64,000 bases of DNA from Monocercomonoides exilis PA203 (taxonomy: Eukaryota; Protista; Preaxostyla): positions 1,178,001 through 1,242,000 of the forward strand of contig LSRY02000022.1 of NCBI GenBank assembly GCA_001643675.2, in the 5' to 3' direction. The notes under the pieces were generated by a model. The model did not search any database and was not told the origin of the DNA. It worked only from the letters and a program-made list of their open reading frames with translations. Within the stretch, counting starts at the first letter, position 1, and every line of letters begins with the position of its first letter. The position numbers were made by a program, and so were the translations under genes. This document shows positions 24,887 through 36,487 of this stretch, piece by piece.

Positions 24887-27800
24887 AGGAAGTAACGAAA
24901 GCTACGGAGAAAGAGTCGCAGCCAGATCAGATCATTGGAGGAAGGACGGTGCTGTTCTTAAAGGCATGGGAAGAGATTGGAGGAGGAGATTTGATCCGAA
25001 ATGGGATACAAGCGATGTGGAAGAACAGAAGAGAGAGAGAGAAACTTTCAAAGATGTCGTACAGAGATGGAGCCGAGCGAACAAGCGAGGAGCACAGAAG
25101 AGCCTTCAAGGATTTGTTGGAGGAACAGACGAGGAACGGAATAGTGGAGGAGATAAATCAGGAAGATGTCAAACACAGGAACAACGTATTCCTAATCAAG
25201 AAGAAGAACGGAACTTGGAGACAGATCTTAGACTGTCATTGGTTGAATGCAGTGGTTCACAGAACGCATTTCAAATGCGACAACGAGAGAACAGTGGAGA
25301 GAATATTGCTGGAAGAAGTTTGGGCAGTGACGATCGACCTTCATCAGGCGTATTATCTTCTCCCAGTTTCAGAGAATCTCAAACCATATCTCGCTTTCAG
25401 ATTTCTCGGAAAAGATTACGTATTCAAAGGAATGCCTTTCGGATTCGTAGATGCACCAAGAATATTCACACATGTGATGAGGAAAGTGACGAAGGAAATA
25501 AGAAGAAGATGGCATGTGCGGTTGGTAGCCTATTTGGACGACCTGCTCATATTACATCAAGATCAAATGCATTTAAGAAGAATTACGGAGGAAATTGTGC
25601 AGTTTTTAGAGTCGCTTGGGCTGCTAGTAAACAAGGAAAAAAGCCACCTATCTGCCAGCAGAGAGTTTGTTTACCTCGGATACAAATGGAACACGGAAAT
25701 GATGGAGGTTCAGTTGACGGAGGACAGAAGACTTGTATTGATGAAAGAAGTGGACAAATGGAAAGTGAAAGCAGTGAAAGCCAAGAAGGTGAGAATAAGA
25801 GATCTCGCCTCGTTCATTGGAAAACTCAGCGCAATTCGTTTCGTTCAGCAAGACGCTTCCCTATGGCTGCATTCCATGTATCGCCTCTCACAAAAAGGAT
25901 TGGAGTTGCAAGGATGGAACGGACAGATGAGAATCAACGCATCTATTATACAGCAGATTCTGCAATGGAGGAAGATATTGAAATCACGCCCTCGACGCAA
26001 GCTGATTCCAGTGTTTGTCCCACAGGCAGTAATGACAACAGATGCATCGGAGGTGGCGTGGGGTGCTACGCTGTCAATCAACAATCAACTGTTAGACGCG
26101 CACAGTCGGTTTCCACAGCAACTTACGAAACAATCATCGAATTACAGGGAGCTAATGGCGGTGTGGTTAGCTCTCAACCATTTTGGCCCAGCGCTTCAGA
26201 GGAACGGAATCAGTCGACTGCATCTGAGGTCGGACAACACAGCGGTTGTCTACAATATAAACAGATGGAATGCAGGAAAGAACTTGAGACCCGTGCTGAG
26301 AAAGATATGGAGATGGAAGGAAGAAACACATATAGAGATGAGAGCCACACACATCCCAGGCATCAAGAACACAAGGGCAGACGCGCTGTCAAGACTAGAG
26401 AGAGCAGGGGATTACGAAGTGCGAGCAGAAGATCTGCCGGAGATTCTGAAGATAGCTCAGAGGACACCAACACTGGATGCGTTTGCGGCAGTTCACAATC
26501 ACAAGTTGGAGAGATGGTGTGGCATCAACAGTCCGATTGCAGAGGATGGTCTCATAGTTCCATGGAAAGACGAAGTTGTTTTGGCTCACCCTCCTGTGCC
26601 GCTGATTGTATCAACGATTCAGAAAGCGAAAAGGGAGAAAGCACAAGTGATCTTACTCCTGCCGAACTGGAGAGGCCAGAACTGGGACGCTCTTTTGAAA
26701 TCGATACCACACAGGAGCTGGGACTGGAAGCTGCAGAAGGAAGTCTTACGGAAAGGCCCTTCAATGCAATGGACGAATGCCAGTCTTCCTCCAGGACGGT
26801 TGAGGATCGTGTTGTTGAATCCATACAGCGTGACGGAGAAGAATGGTGGAAACGCGCTTTGGAGCAGAAAGCTTTCTCAACAAATCTTGCAGAGGAATGC
26901 CGCAAGGGAATAGCGGAGACAACATGGAGAGGATACCTCTTTGACTTTGCACATTTTGGAAAGCAATGGGAAGAATGTGGACACAAAGAAATACCAGACA
27001 ATATTTTCGATTGGGCATCGAATTGCGCAAATGTATTTTTATCCCTTAGAAATGGCGGAATGTCGCTCACGTGCCTACAAATAACAAGAGCTGCAGTTTC
27101 TTTTTATTCCAGTCTCGTTTTCAATACGTGCTTAGGAGATATCCCACTCATAAAGATGCTATTCAGAGCATTCAGAAGAACAAACAGATCAAAGAAGAAG
27201 GAAAACAGAGAAATTTGGAACCCACAGACGTTGTTGAAGTATTTCGCAGATCAGGGACCGAATGAGACATTGAGCTTTAAGCAACTGACAATAAAGGTTA
27301 TTGTGTTAACAATGTTATTTTCAGCCTGCAGATTTACAGAGCTTGAGAGAATAGACATGAGAAATTCAAGGTTTAAAGAAGAAGGAATATATCTGGACAC
27401 GAGACTGAAGACTTCGGAAACACGCACGGAGATTGCTGTTCCATTTTAATCAGAGTTGTCATTGATTTATCCAGCTTTCGCAACTTAGACCTGGTGGGAG
27501 AGAGTTCAATAAGCCAACACAAGCACAAACTGTTTACTCTTTCTATTCAAACACATTTACCCAGTAGACACCTGGAGGGATTCGCAAACTTGCCAAGGAA
27601 GCGCTGACAAACGCCGGGATACCAGACACATTTACTCCAAACTCAATCAAGGCAGCTTCGATTTCGGCTTTGACAATGGCAGGTATTCCTCCGGTGCAGA
27701 TTGCAAAGTTTGCTCGCCTTTCGCCACAAACAAACACATAAGTTAAACATTACTTTAGGGCGGATTTGGCATCATCAATGGGCAGGGTGATTGCTTCATC

Positions 27801-28131
27801 ATCAGAAGGAACGACAAAGCAGGCGCAGCGTGCTGAAGAAGACAAACAGAGAGGAATGAAAGAAAGACAGAACAATGATGAAAAGAAGGTTGCAATTGTG
27901 AGAAAGCAGTTCAATATGAGACAAAGAAATGACAGAAACCAAGCGACAGATTTCTCCCAAGCAATAAAGCCTTCGAAGATTGAAGAACCAAAGGAAGATG
28001 GAAGAGAGGATACAGAATATGACAAAAGGTTTATTATCAGAACAAGAGCTCAATCAAAGAAAGAAGAAATTCAGAAGGAATGGAAAGTGTCAAAAGCTGT
28101 AGTCATGATGGTATCAGAAATGCCCAACTAA
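24834..28131 (+). pseudogene. DIRS tyrosine recombinase with long N-terminal extension overlapping pol; catalytic half disrupted
   Basis: SACRFTEL (R), TPNSIKAAS at the H-x-x-R position, KHYF (Y). Stops at 27447, 27486, 27510, 27565 and 27739; +1 shift near 27540. Confidence 0.85.
24859..26913 (+). CDS. DIRS reverse transcriptase - RNase H - methyltransferase-like protein
   Basis: WRQILD, IDLHQAY, GMPFG, YLDD; RNase H TDAS/EL/SDN/ADALSR; MT-like LDAFA and HPPV. Confidence 0.95.
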   Translation: MGQSESGSLKEVTKATEKESQPDQIIGGRTVLFLKAWEEIGGGDLIRNGIQAMWKNRREREKLSKMSYRDGAERTSEEHRRAFKDLLEEQTRNGIVEEINQEDVKHRNNVFLIKKKNGTWRQILDCHWLNAVVHRTHFKCDNERTVERILLEEVWAVTIDLHQAYYLLPVSENLKPYLAFRFLGKDYVFKGMPFGFVDAPRIFTHVMRKVTKEIRRRWHVRLVAYLDDLLILHQDQMHLRRITEEIVQFLESLGLLVNKEKSHLSASREFVYLGYKWNTEMMEVQLTEDRRLVLMKEVDKWKVKAVKAKKVRIRDLASFIGKLSAIRFVQQDASLWLHSMYRLSQKGLELQGWNGQMRINASIIQQILQWRKILKSRPRRKLIPVFVPQAVMTTDASEVAWGATLSINNQLLDAHSRFPQQLTKQSSNYRELMAVWLALNHFGPALQRNGISRLHLRSDNTAVVYNINRWNAGKNLRPVLRKIWRWKEETHIEMRATHIPGIKNTRADALSRLERAGDYEVRAEDLPEILKIAQRTPTLDAFAAVHNHKLERWCGINSPIAEDGLIVPWKDEVVLAHPPVPLIVSTIQKAKREKAQVILLLPNWRGQNWDALLKSIPHRSWDWKLQKEVLRKGPSMQWTNASLPPGRLRIVLLNPYSVTEKNGGNALWSRKLSQQILQRNAARE

Positions 28132-28135
28132 CATT

Positions 28136-28242
28136 TGATCTCAAATAAAAGAGAAGGAATTGAATGGATGTTTTTCTTGAAAATAAAGGTGCTAATGCAC
28201 TTTTATTAGAAAAGAAAAACGTAATTCAATTCCTTCTCTTTT
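28136..28242. repeat. DIRS internal complementary region (ICR)
   Basis: Reverse complement of the left end (to 23893) joined at ATT (28205-28207) to the reverse complement of the right end (from 28468). Confidence 0.92.
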
Positions 28243-30251
28243 TCCCACCACCGTTTTCACTCCCAACCCCTCTTTCATATATAAGTTTTTAACATTCTCT
28301 TGTGTTCTGCAATTCCTTTTCTTAGCGTTTATTTGTTTTTAAAACGCTTATTTTTTCAAACAAATGCATAAACCCTCACATCGTTACCACATTGATCCTG
28401 GGCGATGGCCCATAGATCGTGATCTCAAATAAAAGAGAAGGAATTGAATTACGTTTTTCTTTTCTAATGTTATTTTTTTGTGAGTGAGTCTGTACCACCT
28501 GATTTGCTTTCAATTTGAGTGCCTTGCGTTTTGAAAGTTGCATTGAAGAAAGAGGAAGACGAGAAGACTCAAAAGGAAGTGGAAATTGCTTTGCTATCTT
28601 TTAGTAATATTAGGTCATGGGAGGTCTGAATTACTTTTTTATTTATTCATTTGTTTTAATCGAATCACTTTGCTTCTATTTTTGATGGCATCTTGAATCT
28701 TAAAAAAAGGCAATTGAAAAAAAAAACTGAATTTGAATGAGATTGAAGAGATTATCAAGCATCATCAGGAGCATCACAATCTTACGCAACTTGCGTATCA
28801 ATCGGCTTGGATGTTTTTTATTAATCGAAATGTTCCACGCTGAAAGTTTGAAAGATGTTATTGCAAATGAATTTCATTTTGTAAAGGAAGCAACAAAGGA
28901 ATCGGAAGAACTAGAAAGATGTGTGGACTTCAACCAGAAAGAAAATGAATTAAAAAAGTGAATGAAATTATATTGATTGCGAGGTGGCTTGCTGTCTTGC
29001 ACAGTTTCTCAGCATTCAGGAAATTATGGAATGAAGAATGTCTTGGACTTGTGGAATGCATTGAAAGATTATTTCGAGCATCAAGAGAAAACGAAATGAA
29101 TATTAACGAGAAATGCATATTTCTAATTGAACAATTGGCGGGAGACAATGGAATTCAAATCAATGACTTTCTGAAAGGCGGAGCCTTTGACTTGGCTTTG
29201 GAGGAAATAGCCCAGCTGAGAAAAATTCATCCATATGCAATCCAAAGCTGTTTGTGTTTTTTTCAGAGAACTTTACGAAATATTGAAAATCAAGAAAGAT
29301 AAAAAGAAAGTCAAGGATTGTAAAATAATTATGAAAAGAAAGATATATGACAAATTGGAGAAAGAAGGATTTGAAGATTTGATTTTTGGATGTCTTTATC
29401 AAATTGAGAAAATGAGTGACTATGAATGGGAACCACTGAATCCCAAACAATTTATATTTTGTCTGTAATTTTTTTTGTCTTTTTTTTCCCATGGAAAGCA
29501 GTTCAGATTGTCTGCAAAAAGTTATTTCTGATTTATTTGATGATCATCATTTTCTTCAATAGCAAAACACTTAACTTGAAAGTTCCAATGGTTCATTCAT
29601 TTAACTTTGGGATAATGTTCAATTTGAATATTAATACTTCTTGATTTGTTTCATTTAAATAAAAAAATATTCATTTTTCAGCAGAATATAAGAAACAAAA
29701 GATCGATTTTTAAAGATTCGTTATCGCCATCATTTCTTTAACTATTTTGATTGATAATTACTGAGCATGTAAAAATGCTTCTTATTTTTCAATAATAAAT
29801 GCGGAATATCTTTTCAAAATCGGGTTTTTTATTTTTCAAATATTCCGCAACAAAAGTTTGTTTGAATAAACTTTCTTCTGAAAATGAAAATTTTCATGAG
29901 TGAAACACAAAAGATAGCTTCACACCATTTCAAAATAACAATCATTATTGACAGTCACAAATTTTTCTTTCAATGAAATACCAGAAATATCTTCCATCCT
30001 TTTCTTTTTTCTAATATTTTATGATATTTCTATAAAAAATGAAACAGTTTTTGGGATTATTTTTCGAATGATCAAATGTGCCAAAATACAATATTCACTG
30101 AAAAGGAACACATAGATCATTGTGTCAATTGTTGTTTGGACTTCGTATGGCCAATTTTTTCAACTTTTTTTTAATTTCAAATCTTTTCTCCGTATTTAAT
30201 CCGACGATTTTTTTCATATTTTTGGGTTTAACGGAATAAGTGTTTAGAAGA

Positions 30252-31676
30252 ATGAAAGCTCAAAAAGGATGCAAATCAAAAGCGATATCACAAAATATGT
30301 TAGGAAATGAAAAGTTTGAAGGTGTGCTTGGGATTTGCAATGAATTTTCTTTATTTTGCATTCTTCATGAAGAATTGTTTTCCCAGTTAGAAAATTGCAA
30401 AAAAGATGAACAGAAATTGAAAATTAAGGAAATGAAAAAGTTGATTAAAAAGATGGAAGATGATGAAGTGCATTGCGTTTCAACAAAAGAAATGTTCAAT
30501 AAAATAGATAAAATGATTGATGGAAAGCAAATGTCATTGAAAAATAGTCTTTTATTGATGAAATATTTAGGATATTACTGGGCTCTGAGATGCAGACACT
30601 ATTCATTGTTTGAAGAATCTTTTCTGCGCAGAAGGTTCGAGATGTTGATTGTTGAAAAAGAAAGAAAGAGAAAGGAAGGAAAGAAGGAAAGAAAATTAAG
30701 TGAAATTTGCGAATGCTATATTTGTTTGAGTCACTTCGCAGCAAAGGAGCTGATGTCAATAATTGTTCCCTGTCTGGTTGAAGTTTCTTCAAACAAAAAT
30801 GAAAGCAAAGAAACTAAAAAAGAAGTGGAAATAGCTTTATTGGCATTGAGTGAAACAGTTCAATTTAAAGTTTGAACACTTTTTTGAAAGTTCGTTCCTT
30901 TTATTGATTCTTGCTTGAATCTTAAAAAGGAATACGAACCAGAGTATTGTTTGAAAAAAATAATTCATGTGATTAAGCATCACAAGCGGCATTTCAATCT
31001 GACACGATTGGCCTATCAGTCAGCTTGGCAGTTTTTGATTCACAGAATAATCTACGAAAATGAAATTAAAGGTTCGGATGTTTATAAGTTATGCTTTGCA
31101 AGTGAAATAGTGAAAGAGCTGGAAGGGCTGAGAAATAGTGTTGATTGGAGAAGAAATGAAAAAAAGATAAATCGAGCAAGAGAACCGTGGATAATAATGA
31201 GATGGTTGAACTTGTTGCAATCGTCATTCCTTGTGAATATGTTTCAGAAAGAAGAAATCAAAAAGATGATTGAAGGGATTGTTGCGGTGTACAAAGAAGC
31301 CAAAAATAGCCATCGGACTATATCATTGAATTGCTTGTCTACTATTGAGCACATTGCGAATAACCGAAAGTTAACTGTAAATGACTTGATGAGCTGCGGC
31401 GTTGTTGAAGCATTCTTGGAGAAGTTTTGTCAATTATCTTTGGAAGACCCTTCAAATGGTATATGCAGGACCCTTTTTGGAATAATATTAGGAAAGATAA
31501 AATATCAGAGAATTGAAGAAAAGGAAGAAGAAATCAAAGATAAAAGAGAGAAAACTGTAAATGAAACAAAAAAGAAGACAATAAAGAAAAAGATATTCGA
31601 TATGTTTGAGGAAGAAGGTTTGGAAGACGCTATTCAGAGTTGTATCTGTATTCAGAATCATTTTGTTTTGAGTTAA
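30252..31676 (+). CDS. Lineage-specific helical protein, paralog of the DIRS-disrupted gene
   Basis: ELFSQLENC, ICECY, KKEVEIALLAL, NLTRLAYQSAWQFL, EEEGLED. Intron at ~30870-30929 and probably one near 30.32-30.37 kb. Confidence 0.75.
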
Positions 31677-32468
31677 ATCTTTCAATTGAACTTGACAAGT
31701 ATTTTTCAAATTGTTAAGAAGCAAAAAGTCTCCTCTTGTGTGAAAGCAGCTAAACATATTTCTCAGTTTTTCATCTTCTTCTTCATTTTCATCATCTTCA
31801 AAGGGATTCTTTCTCTTTTCTCATCAAACAAGATTTGGAATTGCGATGAAACTGAATGATTATTTTGTTGTTCAAAATGACCCACAAAACTTACAACTTT
31901 GATTTGTTGATATCTTCTTTTAAGCTTTGACAGAACGCTCAGCGACAAATTAATAAAGCACAAAATCCAAAAGAAGCAAGATTCATTGAAGATACTTTGA
32001 AACAATGAGAGACGGAGAAAAAACAAGGGAATAAACACAAATGAATTCGAAAATATGATAAGAAGAATGAAAGATAGTGATTCGCTTGAGTGAATGGAAA
32101 CATCTGAATGAATCTACATTCGTTTTCTTGAGGACATTTCATTCAGTTATGGAATTCTTTTTTATTGAATAGCATGTAAATTGGACTTGAAAGTCATTGT
32201 TCATTAAAGATTAAATTTATTTCTTTTATCTTTTATCTTTTTTCTTTTTTCATTTTTAATTTTTCATTTTTCATTTTTCTTTTCTTTTCTTTTCTTTCTT
32301 TCTTTCTTTTCTTTCTTTCTTTTTTTTTTCCCCATTTGCTCAATGTTTATTTTCCAAACTTTGAATGAAGATGTATCTTTGTGTAGAAAAATTGATGGTG
32401 TAAGTGATTTGTTGGATCTCCTTTTTTCACAGGAACCGAAAATTTTCTGACTCCAAAGTGCACTTTTG

Positions 32469-32514
<46 letters not shown>
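32469..32514. repeat. poly(A)46 tract
   Basis: Homopolymer. Confidence 0.95.
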
Positions 32515-32515
<1 letters not shown>

Positions 32516-32541
32516 AATGAAACAACTCGATTGTTCAAAAG

Positions 32542-32860
32542 TATTCTTTCAATTATCAAATTATCGTGAATCGGAAATAACAATAAAAAAACGATGTGTT
32601 TTATAACAAAAGAAACCAACAACATTAAAAAAGTTAAGTTTTTCACAATAACAACACTTTTAAATCACAACACGAAAATTTAGTGCTTCCATCAGCAAGT
32701 CTTTGATCAAAAAACATACGAAAATAATTGAGATCAATCAATATCAATCAATAAAGAAAAAAACATTTTTTTTGAAATTATTTGTAGAAATATTTTTAGG
32801 GTTTTCTGTTTTTAATTATTTTCTTAAAGTGCTCTTAGGAATCAGAAAATTTCGATCCAG
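32542..32860 (+). repeat. Dispersed repeat X, uninterrupted copy
   Basis: Shares caataacaacact, gcaagtcttt and ctctt.gga.tcagaaaa blocks with 16021-16590. Confidence 0.65.
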
Positions 32861-32934
32861 ATAACTTAACGTTAATATAATGTTTCATTAACCCAACATC
32901 GAGCTATATATTTTGAGAGTGGAAATGTTGAATC

Positions 32935-33307
32935 GAATGTGCACAAAACACAGAACATCGCACAAAATTCAGGACAAGATCGATTATTCTATAACTGCAA
33001 GAAAAACAATTCTGCAAGTTATCTTCATAATATATCTCATCAAAACAAACTCATTTGATATCCAAAACTTTCAGAATAGCCTCATTTGTGCTCAGAAAAA
33101 AATAATAATTGAAATTTCTGAGAAATTGATTTTTGGATTTTTCCTTATATCAAAAATTTCATTCATAATATTCAAATGACACAAAAATGACAGTTTTGTA
33201 TGACAAGAAAGTTAGTATTGTTAAGATATATTTCAAAGAAAATTATCAGTATTATTCCTCTTGCAGTTATAGAGAAATTTATCTTGTCCGGTATTTTGTG
33301 CACATTC
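32935..33307. mobile_element. Diverged relative of the 15623-16018 MITE
   Basis: GAATGTGCACAAAA / TTTTGTGCACATTC ends; internal ggacaagatcgat and gaatagcctc shared. Confidence 0.75.
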
Positions 33308-33609
33308 TATATTTGCTGATAATCATCATCATCTTCTTCTTCTTTTCATTGAAGTCGCTTCCATTTCGTATTTAAAAAGAATATGGCTGATTTCTTTAAA
33401 AAATCCAACTTTTTCTCGAGTTTTGTACAATTATATTCCACGGGAATAAGGAAAAATGATTTATAACGGAAAATTCATTTTGCTTTAATGTCGTTATTAA
33501 AGAATTATTGTTTGACAAAAATTTCATTGTGAACGTTATTTTGATCAAAACTCGAACGTAGGGTGATTATTTCATCCGGATATAATTTTTATTTTTTGAT
33601 AAAAAATAT

Positions 33610-33877
33610 GGGGCAAAATATTTTGCTTCAAGCATTTTCATTGAAAAATTATGCACTTTTCATTGACTTTTTGCGAATAAAAAACATTATTAAAATGGTT
33701 CTATTTTTTGGCATTCGTGAAATGTTGGAAAAATTTATGTTTTAATTTCAACGATGCATGTTTACGGATATGAAAATCAAAATTATTTTGAATTCTGTGA
33801 AAGCGAAACAAAGTTATGAGCGAAACAATTTTTTCATGCTTTGTACATAAAAAGCTTGAAAGTCCGTATTTTCCCCC
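33610..33877. mobile_element. GGGG...CCCC MITE nested near the left end of the pogo-like element
   Basis: Inverted homolog of 16181-16448; ATAT on both flanks. Confidence 0.8.
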
Positions 33878-34199
33878 ATATATATATATATATTTTTATA
33901 AATCGCATATTGAAATTTTCGAAAAAATGTGACGATCAATAGAAATGATTATCCATCAATTCTCCATTAATAAAATTTCTGGTATTTCTTCGTTCATTAT
34001 CATCTTCAAAATCATCATCTTTAAAAATTTGGGATTTGGATATTTTTCTTTTTTTTCAGCTTCTCTTCACAAAACAAATCTTTTTCAATTTTTTCTTCAG
34101 CGGAATCATCAATATTTTTCTCCTCTTTCATCTTTTTGTATTCTATTCATTCATCTTAAAATGCTTGGTCGGAAATATTTTTTCCATGGAAATTGAAAC

Positions 34200-35400
34200 G
34201 ATGGGATTTTTTTTTCAGCTGAACTGAAGGAGTGTCAGGTAACTTCACCAATACAGAATTGGACTGCCCAGACAACATGCTGATCTTTTCAAATGCAGAG
34301 TGAATTGTTGAAGGAAGCAATGCAGTTTGCAAAGCCTGTGGCAAGGCATTTGCAACTGCATTTCGTCTGAGTGCGATCGAAGAAGATGATGGAACGACAT
34401 GGTTTGAATTGAAACATTATTCAAACACAGCAAAAACTCCGCAGTCAAGTGGCTGTGTTTGATGAGTGCTGTGTGGAATAAATGCAATAACAACAATTGA
34501 CGTTTTAGCTCATTTCTGCAACAGATCTGGCTGTGCTCTTGAAAGATGAGAATCCAAGAGAAGCAAGCATCTATCTTCGTTTTTGTCAAGCAATTTTCTT
34601 CAAAGAATAATTCATGGTAGCAGTATCTCTTCATCATTGGAGCAAACAATGCATCTGTCATCCGTCCATCATTGTCTGCCCAGGCGTGAAGCTGCGGGCT
34701 GAGCAAGACCTTCATTACTTGTGGTATTTTTTTTGATGGTTAAAGAGTAAGACTTGGAAAAGAATAACCATCAGCTGCAACTGCAACCACAAGAGTGGAG
34801 TTTGGAATGTTGATTGGAGTTTTGGAAAACCAGACTGGAACATCTAAAGGATGAACGGCTAGTTGTTTTGTGGAATCGGAGAGACGGAAAGAGGATTCAT
34901 CGGTGTTGAAGATGAGAGAAGAAGAGTATATGTGAGAGTCATGAAGTGATTGAAGGAGAGAGAAGAAAGGTTGAAGAGACTGTTTGTTAGACACGGATAA
35001 ACGTTCAAAACCAACGTTAAGAGGAATTGATGTTAAAAGGTCTGGATTTCGTTTGACAAAGGATTATGATGTTGATTTTGAAAATTTAATTTCCTGATCT
35101 TTTTCATCTCCACTTCGAAATTTTCTATCGGTTTGCACTGATTCCATTTTTCATTATCATTATTAATAAATATAGATAAGAACAAGCATTGAATACAAAC
35201 CAATCGTTTTGTTTGAGTTACAGAATAACTTACTCCTGTCATACTTTCGATTCTGATGACTCCGGTTATCACTTCTTTGTCTTCTTTAGTGAAAAGCTCT
35301 GGTCGACCAACTTTTCCCACGATTCTACCCTTTTCAACAGTAGTTACTGCTCGGTTGATCGATGAACGAGAGAATTCATTTAGATTAGCAGCGTCGGTAA
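34200..35400 (-). pseudogene. pogo-like transposase remnant
   Basis: HTH-like SRSSINRA..GRPELF; IFNTDESSF (first D); VAADG..P; GRMT. Broken by stops and frameshifts. Confidence 0.75.
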
Positions 35401-36487
35401 CACGGGATTATATGTCAGCAATTATTGTGGCTATACGCACTAATCGATTTTTAATTTGCCTGTAATTAAATGACATCATTTGATTTCGAATGTTTAACAA
35501 TCCTTGTTCTGTTTTGTTTTTGATGACACTCATGATAAAAAAATTTATTTTGTAATGAAAAAAAATCAATAAAATTTATTCGATTAAATTCTAACCTAGC
35601 TATACTCCTTGCTATTACCTAATCTCCTCAGGTGAGGCACAAATCAGAGATGGAGGAGCTAGCCTTCCCATCGTCTCCCCCATCAGAAATTAGGAATCGT
35701 AATTAATCAAAATTTCTAACTGCCGACTTTTCCTTATATATTAAAAATATGATAAAATATCCAAAAAGTGGGAAGAAATTATTCATAATAAAAAATTTTG
35801 TCCGGATAAAAAAAATGTCCAGATAAAAAAACCACCCTAGGTTCAATTTCAAAAAGTATCAATCAATACAACCCTGAAAAATTTTGGCTCCAATAGATAA
35901 AATGTGTTCTAAAAAATGACTTATCAAATTTGTCTATAATTTGATTATTTCCATTGATATGTGCTATTCAATTTTAAAATTTTGACTTTTGAAAACTGAA
36001 GTGAAAGAGCAAGAAATGTCAAATTTAATTATGACTCCCTTGAGAAATAAAGACACTCAATTTTGGAACGCCCTATCAAAACACATGAACTTCAAAACAT
36101 TTGCATTTTCGATGAAAGAACAAGCAAAAATCTGTCCATATCTGATCTTTTCTCCGAGAATAATAATCAAATTCCATTTTCATTGAGCTTGGAAAATGGG
36201 GAAAATATTCTGAAAAATTCAATAATATTATGATAATAATTGAAAGACGATACCACTTCTGATAATAATGATGAAACGATTCCTGATTATTCATGAAATT
36301 CTCTGTTGAAAAAATATTCTTTCTTCAAGAACGAAACGATTTGTATCTTATTGAAAAACAACTTCCAGCAATGGCTAATCTTTTTAAGCATACGTTGAAT
36401 CATCGAAATCAATAAACTTGCTATTCCTTTGCCTATTTAAATATATTACCTCATTCCAGAAATGTGCAGTTTCAAAATCAACCTGTT

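Larger units (their letters stand above)
23893..28468 (+). mobile_element. DIRS1-type tyrosine-recombinase retrotransposon
   Basis: ITRs 23935-23999 and 28389-28449; ICR 28136-28242 complementary to both termini; AAT at both ends; gag, RT-RH-MT and YR ORFs. Confidence 0.95.
23467..29468 (+). pseudogene. Lineage-specific helical protein family gene disrupted by the DIRS insertion
   Basis: Removing the element restores ...DFCECYFFVSES...KEVEIALL, collinear with the paralog at 30252-31676. Extra TGA at 28516 and frameshifts near 28.96 and 29.27 kb. Start position approximate. Confidence 0.85.
33559..35839 (-). mobile_element. Degenerate pogo/Fot1-like (DDE_1) DNA transposon
   Basis: Imperfect TIRs TAGGGTGATTATTTCATCCGGA / TCCAGATAAAAAAACCACCCTA; transposase remnant inside. 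Confidence 0.75.

Noticed and set aside
27447-27741. TAA/TAG in YR read as Gln (reassigned code known in some oxymonads)
   Set aside because: RPS11 ends in TAA, VPS26C and the transposase end in TAG, and the same patch also has a frameshift.
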